Assembly: GCF_006345805.1 (NCBI RefSeq)
Contig: NC_043004.1
Coordinates: 6,448,001 to 6,512,000 of the forward strand
Direction: 5' to 3'
Length of the DNA: 64,000 nt
Source of the DNA: Octopus sinensis
Taxonomy: Eukaryota
The notes below the pieces were generated by a model, which was not told where the DNA came from, did not search any database, and was given only the letters and a program-made list of their open reading frames with translations. The position numbers were made by a program, and so were the translations under genes. Below, in pieces: positions 12,423 through 21,480 of the stretch. Within the stretch, counting starts at the first letter, position 1. Every line of letters begins with the position of its first letter.

Positions 12423-12807
12423 ACTAGCAGTATCGCCCGGCGTTGCTCAGGTTTGTAAGGGAAATAACTATAAAGCATTTTTAGAGAGTTATAGCCAAAA
12501 AATAGCAAAAAAATGGGGAAAAAATTATGGTAAATTTTTTTTTAGTTAAAAAAGGTGGAGTTGCGTCCCCTAGACGGTCTGTGGTTTGGGTTTCTGATTC
12601 TCGACCCCATGTCGAATTTATCGATTTTTTTCAGAACTGGGGGAACTTTTCAAAATTTTCGCTGCGTTAGTTTTGAATTATGACATTGGGCTATGCGTGT
12701 GTCAAGTTTCATCAGAATCGGTTGAAAGCCGTGGTCAGGGTGAGGGTACGAGAAAACAGACACACAGAAACACGCACAGACAAACTGCCGTTTATATATA
12801 GAGAGAT
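12423..12807 (+). mobile_element. Non-autonomous Helitron/Helentron-type element
   Basis: 5' actagcagtatcgcccggcgttgctc and 3' cagacaaactgccgtttatatatagagagat termini resemble Lep1/DINE-1-like elements. Near-identical inverted copy at 30950-31312. Confidence 0.65.
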
Positions 12808-13192
12808 GTTCATTTCAAGAAGTTACTGTACATTATTAATATTTTGTGTGACTTCCCTTAGCTTGAATAATCGCTTCAATGCTCCTGGGAACAGATGTGT
12901 ACAAATCTTTCACCATCTTCACAGATATGAGATGCCATTCTCTGTGGCTGAGCTCCCACAACTCTTCAAGATTGCGTGGATTCTTCTGACAAACTCTTCT
13001 CCTTAGTTCTGTCCACATTTGCTCAATGATATTTAAGTCAGGCTCAGAGCTGGTCAATCTTTCAATACAGTAACACCTTCATCAGCCAGAATTTATTGTA
13101 TTGCACATGATCTGCAGCCTGGAGCTCTGTCATGCTGAAAAATCTCACCTTCATCCAAGTCTGGTATCAAATTGTCTTTCAGCAACTGGATA

Positions 13193-13495
13193 TCATCATC
13201 ATCATCGTTTAACGTCCGTTTTCCATGCTGGCATGGATTGGACGATTTTACTGCGGTCTGGCGAACCAGATGGCTGCACCAGACTCCAATCTGATCTGGC
13301 AGAGTTTCTACAGCTGGATGCCCTTCCTAAGGCCAACCACTCCGAGTGTGTAGTGGGTGCTTTTACATGCCACCGGCACGAGGGTCAGTCAGGCGGTACT
13401 GGCAACGGCCATGCTCAAATGGTGCCTTTTATGTGCCACCTGCACAGGAGCCAGTCCAGCGGCACTGGCTACGACCTCTCTCAAATGTTTTTTTC
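13193..13495 (-). mobile_element. RTE LINE 3'UTR fragment
   Basis: (cat)n followed by cgtttaacgtccgttttccatgctggcatgg. Confidence 0.8.
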
Positions 13496-13944
13496 TCGCT
13501 CGAATGTTTTTGTTTTTTTTTTGGCACTATTCAAGTTACTGTCAATTTTAAGCAACTTTCTTGAACCATGACTTCTTATGTATCCCCAAAGCATCAAACT
13601 CTTACCCCCAAATTTCACTGTTTTTGTCATGTAACATGGGTCATTTTGCTTTCTAATAAGTGAGAATTTGTCAGAAGGCCTCCAGGAAACTGCATGGTTG
13701 CAAAGTGAGCTTCTTAACCATACAGCCATGCCTGCACCTATGTAATCTTTTTTCCTTTCCTTTCTACATGAACTATTTTAAGCTAGTACTTGATTTTAAA
13801 TCTTTAAAATCAAATTGTTTCATAGGGTCAGTCTCAAAATGCTGAACTTTATGAAGGAGACAACAGAGGACCGAGATATGTGACACATTGCTGTACTCAA
13901 GAAGACCCACCTACCACAACAGAATTGAGATCCTAAAATCAAGG

Positions 13945-14180
13945 TGCCATGTAAAAAGCATTGGTGTCGGTGCTGGTGCCATGTAAAACGTATTCATGTT
14001 GGTGCCACATAAAAAGCACCCAGTACACTCTGTGGAGTGGTTGGCATTAGGAAGGGCATCCAGTCGTAGAAACCATGCCAGAACAGACAATGGAACCTGG
14101 TGTGACCCCTGGCCTTACCAGTTTCTGTCAAGCCATTCAACCCATGCCAGCATTGAAAATGGATGTTAAATGATGAGGAT
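13945..14180 (+). mobile_element. RTE LINE 3'UTR fragment
   Basis: ccacataaaaagcacc...cccatgccagcattgaaaatggatgttaaatgatga. Confidence 0.7.
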
Positions 14181-14617
14181 AATAATTGAACTAAAAGTTA
14201 AATTATTGTATCTGGGAGCAAACACTATAATGCGTCGGATCACTTTCAAGCAAAGTAAAAAGATAATGCATCGACTGCCTATGCATTTAACTTAGCATAT
14301 CTGATGGCATAAAAGACACATGAAGATATTAGATGTACCTTAATTTCAGCAGCACACACTGAAGACAAAAGTTTATAGCATTTTAAAGCATGTAATAGCT
14401 CCACATTTAAGAAAATGTGTGTGATTTTAAGAGACACAACAGCTATATGCTAAAAAAAACTTGTCAGTCTGGCTAAAGGTCCTGGCAGACAAAATGGAAA
14501 AGGTATTGCCCCACAGGATGGTGAGGGAGACATGATGGAGAACAGCCACACACACCAATTCACAGCACTCATACTTGCAGACAGCCATCTCTGCCCTGAG
14601 AGCAGCAAGTTGGGATG

Positions 14618-14722
14618 TATCATTCTATATTTTTGAGATGAGGAATTCTGTACATTATTTACATTGGACAGATATTTCCTCATCTTGTTTGTTGTAAGTA
14701 ATGTAAATAATGTACAGAATTC
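14618..14722 (-). mobile_element. Fragment of the hammerhead-bearing element seen at 42480-42662, with inverted end duplication
   Basis: Reverse complement matches 42585-42660. 14643-14665 and 14700-14722 form a perfect 23-bp inverted repeat. Confidence 0.7.
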
Positions 14723-15314
14723 AATCCAGCTCTCTGTATAGGTTGGTGGGGGAAGAGATTGTTCTCATATGTTTTGCTGAGCACTTAAAACATACACATT
14801 CCAATAGTCTGTATAAGTTGTATTCAAGAAAAAGAAACATAACCTGAAAACACTTTTGAATATTTTGAATAAATAAGGTAGTACATTAAGTGCAGAGGCC
14901 AACGATTTCGATATTTATTCAGAGATTTCGACTCTCTTTAGATTAAACAACAAGCTATTTGAAAAGGTAGAATGTGCTTAAACAAATCCTTTCTTTTATA
15001 AACAATCACAAAATGTAGATCACTTTTATTACTAAAGTGAATCAATAATACATACCACAGCAATATCATACGAAATAGTTTAAACAACACAAATTATAAA
15101 GATTCTTCTAAGAGGAGATATATATCCCAAATGTTGGATCTTTCCTTTCGTCAAAACATACAAACAACCCATAGCTATCATTATCAAGCAAGCATGTCTT
15201 GGTAGCATGAATAATAATAATAATAATAATAATAATTTATTCTTTTATTAGCCCTAAGGGCTAATATAAATATTACATAAAAGACAACACAAGATGATAC
15301 AAAGGGTTTTAATG

Positions 15315-15465
15315 ATCGTTTCTACTAAAGGTACAAGGCCTGAAATTTGTGGGGAGGGGACTGCTCGATTGCATCAACCCCAGTGTTCCACTAGTTTTTA
15401 ATTTATCAACTCTGAAAGGATGAAAGGCAAAGCTGACCTTAGTGGAATTTGAACTCAGAACGTAG
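15315..15465 (-). mobile_element. SINE family B 3' part
   Basis: Contains aaggatgaaaggcaaagctgacc...ggaatttgaactcagaac, the conserved central block of family B. Confidence 0.7.
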
Positions 15466-16699
15466 TCTAGTAATAAGAATAATACTAATTGGTATAGCAT
15501 TGATTTTTCCCTGCACTTCTGTCCTCAATCCTCACCTGTTTCCAAGCAGATATGTTCACAAAATAGTGAAACTGAATGACATTGTTTCTATAAGAGTGAC
15601 ACTTTTTCACAACTACTACACAAGGAGAACCCAAAATACACACACACACACACGACAGGTTTCTTTCAGTTTCCATCTACCAAATCCACTCACAAGACTT
15701 TGATCAACCCAGGGCTGTAGAAAACACTTGTACAAGGCATTGTTCATTGTGGACTTTGTTTTTCATCTGTATAGCTTTACTCATAGCCATGTATGAACCT
15801 CTTGAGGTATTGAGTTTCCTGTGAGTAGGGGATGTGGAGGCCCATGTCCAAAAGGATAGTCACCTCCTTAGCTATTTGCAGTGGGTCATGAGTGAAGAAC
15901 TCAGTGGCATAGCATTGGTTTTGGCCACCCATTTCCTTACCCAGGGTATGAGATGTTTTGATACTGCCTACTTGGCGTCACTGATTCAATGCTGACTTAT
16001 TTGACATCAGACATTTTAATCTTACTTGTGCTTTAGTTTTTCTCTTAACCTCTCACTTCCCCGCCCACCACTTTCTACTTTAGCTTTTCTCTCCCTTCCC
16101 CTCCCCTTCTTTCTCTGCTTATGTGTGTGAGTATATTTCTCTTTGTGTGTACAAGGAAAAGAGAGTGTCTATGCCAACTGCTTTCAATTCCCTCTCTCTC
16201 TCTTTCGGAGAGGCACAAGCACCTACACGCACGTATACACACATGGCAGTAACTTCCGCCTGCCGAATTCAATCACAAAGCTCCGGTCGGCTCGGGGCTA
16301 TAGTGGAAGACACCTACCCAAAGTGCCACGCAGTGGGACTGAACCCGAAACCATATAGTTAGGAAGCAAGCTCCCTAACCACACAGCCATGCCTGTCCCC
16401 TCCACACCTCTCTCTCTCCCCCTCTCTCTCCCTCCCTCTCCCTCCCTCCTCTCTCTCTCTTCTCTGTTTATGTGTGTGAGCATCTAGTTATGCTTGTATG
16501 TGTAATGTCTCTCTCTCCTTCCTTCTCTTGCTCACACTCTCCCTCTACATGAATATTTCTGTATATCTCTACATGCATATGTGTATGTGTGTGAGTGTGT
16601 TTGCCTCCAGTGCCAAAAATGTCAACAAAACCGACTGAAAGTTCAGTCAGCTTGACCAAATCGATAGTGTCACTTCCCAAGTAAAATAAATAAATGCGC

Positions 16700-16940
16700 T
16701 CTTTTAAAACCTAGCCAGGCTCATGGGCCCAGTTTCCCAGTTTCTAAGGCGTATGTGATCCCCAGCTGGATGGACACCAGTCCATCACAGCTTTACTCAT
16801 TTTTGCCAGCTGAGTGGACTGGAGCAATGTGAAATGAAGTGTTTTGTTCAAGAACACAACGCGTCGCACGGTCCAGGAATCAAAACCACAATCTTACGAT
16901 CTTGATGCTGACACCCTAACCACTAAGCCACATACCTCCA
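16700..16940 (-). mobile_element. tRNA-derived SINE (family C variant)
   Basis: Close match to 63420-63620. Confidence 0.7.
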
Positions 16941-16974
16941 CTTCACTACCTAAGTAGCCACACTAAATTACATG

Positions 16975-17160
16975 TGTGTTTGTGGTTAGGGTAATCCACT
17001 CATGATTGTAAGGTTGTGAGTTTAATTCCTGGTGATGTGGTGTGTTCTTGAGCAAGACACTCTATTTCATGTTGCTCCATTCTACTCAGCTGGCAAAAAT
17101 TAGTTGTACTTGTTATTCAAAGGGCCAGCCTTGTCACATTCTGTGTCATGATGAATCTCC
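16975..17160 (+). mobile_element. SINE head (family C variant), truncated by the hammerhead element
   Basis: gtggttagggt...gagtttaattcc...gtgttcttgagcaagacact...gaatctccc, breaking at ccctga where the 365-bp repeat begins. Confidence 0.7.
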
Positions 17161-17714
17161 CTGAAACATGTTTGCAGCTGTCTGACTGGCAGGATGAAGC
17201 GGCTGACCTCCCCTGTTCGAAGGTTTATAATGGACGCAGTTTGTGTGTCAAATAGCTAGCTTGAGGCGGTGGCTTCATGGAGCTAATCAGCGACAGCTTT
17301 AGTCTTATATTTATAAGACTGCCATATTAGTATGGCGATAACTATTAATTTCCAGTAACGCTGCCATAATCTCCTTTAGAGAGACTTAGTAATTTTAATA
17401 TTTCTATTATTGAAAACAAGTGGATGTATTCCACTGAAACTAGGTAAATAGATTCTTCGAACAGGGACAGTCAGTAGCGACACCTGCTGGGTCTGACTAC
17501 ACTGCATTGATAAAGGGCAAATACCCTGAAACATGTCTGCAGCTGTCTGACTGGCAGGATGAAGTGGCTGACCTCCCCTGTTCGAAGGTTTATAATGGAC
17601 GCAGTTTGTGTGTCAAATAGCTAGCTTGAGGCGGTGGCCTCATGGAGCTAATCAGCGATAGCTTTAGTCTTATATTTATAAGACTACCATATTAGTATGG
17701 CGATAACTATTAAT
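17159..17714 (+). mobile_element. Partial tandem repeat (365-bp unit) carrying a type I hammerhead ribozyme; retrozyme/Penelope-pLTR-like
   Basis: 17159-17349 is repeated at 17524-17714 with 5 transitions in 191 bp. Multiple hairpins; hammerhead at 17502-17542. Confidence 0.75.
17502..17542 (+). ncRNA. Type I hammerhead ribozyme with U3-A8 core variant
   Basis: Stem I CUGCA/UGCAG; core UUGAUAA; stem II AGGG-CAAAUA-CCCU; GAAA; palindromic stem III ACAUGU; GUC cleavage triplet ending at 17537. Confidence 0.75.
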
Positions 17715-18568
17715 ATATATATATACACACACATATATATATATATATGTATACACATATATATATACTCTTAACTCTTTTACTTGTTTGTCATTTGACT
17801 GTGGCCATGCTGGAGCACCATATATATATATATATATATATATATCAGCAATATTGATATTAATGATTACTATAAAGTAGCAAAGCATTACCTTTCATTC
17901 TTTATATATAAATATTATATATAGCTTTACATGGACCGACTCATACTTTCACCTGTGCTGATTAATAATCATTTGCAGTTGCAACCCTACCACAAAACAG
18001 GTGCAGGTGTTTCAGGGTCTTCACTTGAAATCCTTCAATTTGACCGTTTAAAGATTTCCTTTTATCTACTCTGTGCTGTATGATGTAGAGCTGTCCTTTA
18101 AGTTAGACGCAAACTATCTCCAGGAAATTTATATGGTTATGGTAATATATTTAGAATTATCCAACAGAATATTCCTCTAATTTCTTATCTTATCAGAGCT
18201 TTATTAGATTTATATGTCAATGTTGAATAACCTATTTTCAATACCTGAGAGCAAACTGGTAATCATTTTGGGGTAATCCCTTACTATTTACAATTATATA
18301 TATACATATATAACATTAGTAGCTGATATGTGTGTAAAAGAAAACTGTAAAACATCGGAGCCTGGAATTCCCCATTCACCGAATAGGGGCATGCCACTAA
18401 CTTCAGGAACCATCATTGTTGGAAGCGATATAAAGGAGATAATGCCATACCACATGAAACCCTAGCTGCAAGGTCATTCTGGATGTATATTTTTTGTTTA
18501 CAAAATCAACTGACCATGACATTTTCCTCCCGCTGGTTGTAGAGAGGTTATAAGCCTCCAGCCATTTA

Positions 18569-18626
18569 AGTCTGTTGAGTCACCTATACCGCAAAGCGCT
18601 TTATAGGTGTGAAACCAATGGTCACT
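18569..18626 (+). ncRNA. Degenerate hammerhead-like motif
   Basis: AGU-CUGUUGA-GU-CACCUAUA...UAUAGGUG-U-GAAA-CC-AAU-GGUC-ACU. Core A6 is replaced by U and the stem II base is damaged. Confidence 0.4.
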
Positions 18627-18654
18627 CTCTGACTGGCCATAGCAATCAACTCTG

Positions 18655-18684
18655 TGTGTGTGTCTATGTATGTCTGTGTGTATG

Positions 18685-18741
<57 letters not shown>

Positions 18742-18769
18742 TATATATATATGTATGTATGTATGTATG

Positions 18770-18826
<57 letters not shown>

Positions 18827-18835
18827 GTATGTATG

Positions 18836-18871
<36 letters not shown>

Positions 18872-18925
18872 TGTATATGTATGTATATATATATATGTAT
18901 GTATGTATATATGTATGTATATATG

Positions 18926-18968
<43 letters not shown>

Positions 18969-19094
18969 GTATATATATATGTATGTATGTATATATATAT
19001 GTATGTATGTATATATATATGTATGTATGTATGTATATATGTATGTATGTATGTATGTATATATATATGTATGTATGTTATATATATATGCATG
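18655..19094. repeat. Compound (TG)/(TA)/(TATG)n microsatellite
   Basis: Directly visible; flanks the mariner on the left. Confidence 0.95.
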
Positions 19095-19096
19095 TA

Positions 19097-20342
19097 CGAG
19101 GGACGTTCAATAAGTAATGCCTCTGACCCACTTGCAGTTGTTGGATCTAGCTGAAATTTTGCATGTGCAATCATTTATATCTCTATAGAGTAAGTGGCAA
19201 ATTACAGCTCTGAATTAATTGTGGTTTCTGATTTACAGGTGTTTGAACCGAGTCAAGTGTGAAATGGAGCCTGTTGAGTGTCGAGCAGTGATCCGGTTTT
19301 TGTATTTGAAAGGACGCACACCACGGGAGACTTTTGATGAAATGAAAGTAACTTATGGTGATGATGCACCATCATATGACCTTGTAAAACGCTGGCATCG
19401 TGAATTCAAACATGGTCGGAACTCTGTGGAAACAGCTCCCAGATCTGGTCGCCCCTTCTGCCATTGATGAGGCATCTGTCCGTCAAGTTGAGGCTGCCAT
19501 TTTGGAAGATCGACGCATAATTATTCGCCAAATAGCTCATGAGGAAACTATCATTCATGACCATTTGCATATGCAAAAGGTGTCTGCCAGATGGATTCCC
19601 AGGTTGCTCACGCCTTTCCAGAAGCAAGAACGCGTCAAGTGCTCGAGGGTGAATTTGGAGATGTGCCAAGAAGATGAGTCAAAATTTTTCAAAAGACTGA
19701 TTACACAGGATGAAACCTGGGTCCATCACGATGATCCAGAGACCAAAGCCCAGTCAATGCAGTGGAAGCACCGTGACTCACCCCCTCCAAAGAAGGCAAG
19801 GGTGCATGCTCACAGTCTTCTGGGACCAGGACGGAGTAGTGATGACAGATTTCCTGGCAAAGGGTACCACAATTGCAGGAGCCTATTATGCTTCACTTTT
19901 GAGGAAATTAAGAGAAGTTATCAAAATCAAGAGGTGGGGCAAGATCAGCAAAAACATCCTCCTCCTGCAGGACAACGCTCCGGTCCACAACTCGCTTGTC
20001 GCCAGATCAGAAGCACAGGCGTATGGCTATGAACTCCTCCCCTATCCCCCTACTTTCCTGACCTTGCACCCTCTGATTTTCACCTCTTCCCAGTCATGAA
20101 GTTGTTTTTGAAAGGAAAGCGTTTCCCAGATGATGCAGCCTTAATTTCTGAAGTCACGTTCAGGTTGGAGGACAAAGCTGGGGTCTTCTACAAAAACGGT
20201 TTCCAGAGCTGCATCAAACAATGGGAGAAATGTGTAACTCTGGGTGGTTCCTATGTAGAAAAAGACTAATAACTGTGCCAAGTTTCGTTGCTCTACTGCT
20301 ATGGGAAGTGGGTCAGGGGCATTACTTATTGAACGCCCCTCG
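19097..20342 (+). mobile_element. Near full-length mariner (DD34D) transposon, 1246 bp
   Basis: 37-bp TIRs cgagggacgttcaataagtaatgcctctgacccactt with 2 mismatches; TA duplications at 19095-96 and 20343-44. Confidence 0.95.
19264..20269 (+). pseudogene. Mariner transposase pseudogene (several frameshifts and small deletions)
   Basis: MEPVECRAVIRFL...RSGRP, KVSARWIPRLLT, ITQDETWVHH, LLQDNAPVH, PDLAPSDFHLF...YVEKD*, split over three frames. Confidence 0.9.
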
Positions 20343-20607
20343 TATATATGTATGTATGTATATATATATATGTATGTATATATATATATATGTATGTGTA
20401 TATATATGTATGTATATATATATGTATGTATACATATATATATGTATGTATATATATATGTATGTATATATATATATATATGTATGTATATATATATGTA
20501 TGTATATATCATCATCATTTAACGTCCGCTTTCCATGCTAGCATATATATATGTATGTATATATATATGTATGTATATATATATATGTATGTATATATAT
20601 TGTATAT

Positions 20608-20648
<41 letters not shown>

Positions 20649-20945
20649 TGTATGTATATATATATATATGTATGGTATATATATATATGTATGTATAATT
20701 GTATGTATATGTATATATATATGTATGTATATATATATATATATATGTATGTATATATTATATATATATATATATGTATGTATATATATATTATATATTT
20801 ACATGTATATATATGTATGTATATGTATATGTATGTATATATAATTGTATATATACATGTATATATATGTATGTATATGTATATATATGTATATCCATAT
20901 ATATATGTATATATATTTATATGTATATATATGTATATGCATCAC
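20343..20945. repeat. Compound (TA)/(TATG)n microsatellite containing a short RTE tail fragment (about 20507-20542)
   Basis: Directly visible; catcatcatcatttaacgtccgctttccatgctagc is embedded. Confidence 0.9.
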
Positions 20946-21381
20946 ATAAAAGTGCACCATTCAAGTATGATCGTTACCAGCGTCGCCTTACTGGCACTTG
21001 TGCATGTGCTAGTAGGGTGCTAATCCGAGCGTGATCGTTGCCAGAGCAGCCAACTGGCTTCCGTACCCGTGGCAGATAAAAGGGCACCATTTGAACATGA
21101 TCGTTACCAACGTCGCCTCACTGGCACCTGTGCCGGTTGCACATGTAAAAATGATTCGAGCAAGGTCGTTGCCAGTACCGCCTGACTGCCGCCCGTGCTG
21201 GTGGCACATAAAATCACCCACTACACTCTCGGAGTGGTTGGTGTTAGGAAGGGCATCCAGCTGTAGAAACTCTGCCAGATCAAGATTGGAGCCTGGTGCA
21301 GCCATCTGGTTCGCCAGTCCTCAGGTAGAATCGTCTAACCCATGCTAGCACGAAAAGCGGACATTAAACGATGATGATGAT
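20945..21381 (+). mobile_element. RTE LINE 3'UTR fragment
   Basis: Repeated cacataaaa/gcaccat modules; ends cggacattaaacgatgatgatga. Confidence 0.8.
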
Positions 21382-21480
21382 ATGTATATATATGTATATA
21401 TATATTTATATATATATATGTATATATATGTATATGTATATATTTATATATGTATATGTATATATATATATATGTGTGTG

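Larger units (their letters stand above)
12338..13850 (-). mobile_element. Degenerate Tc1-family transposon interrupted by two younger insertions
   Basis: TA-cagtaccgtgcaaaagtttt TIR at 12338. Minus-strand motifs KTVKFGGKSLMLWG and S.DLNIIEQMWTELRRRV. Interrupted at 12423-12807 and 13193-13495. Confidence 0.75.

Noticed and set aside
13045-13088. Minus-strand CUGAUGA...GAAA hammerhead-like spacing
   Set aside because: Stems II and III do not pair and it lies inside Tc1 coding remnants; chance match.
18575-19174. Long ORFs of 120-196 aa (YICM/HTYI-rich)
   Set aside because: Translations of TA/TATG microsatellite; the same applies to the ORFs at 20141-21034.
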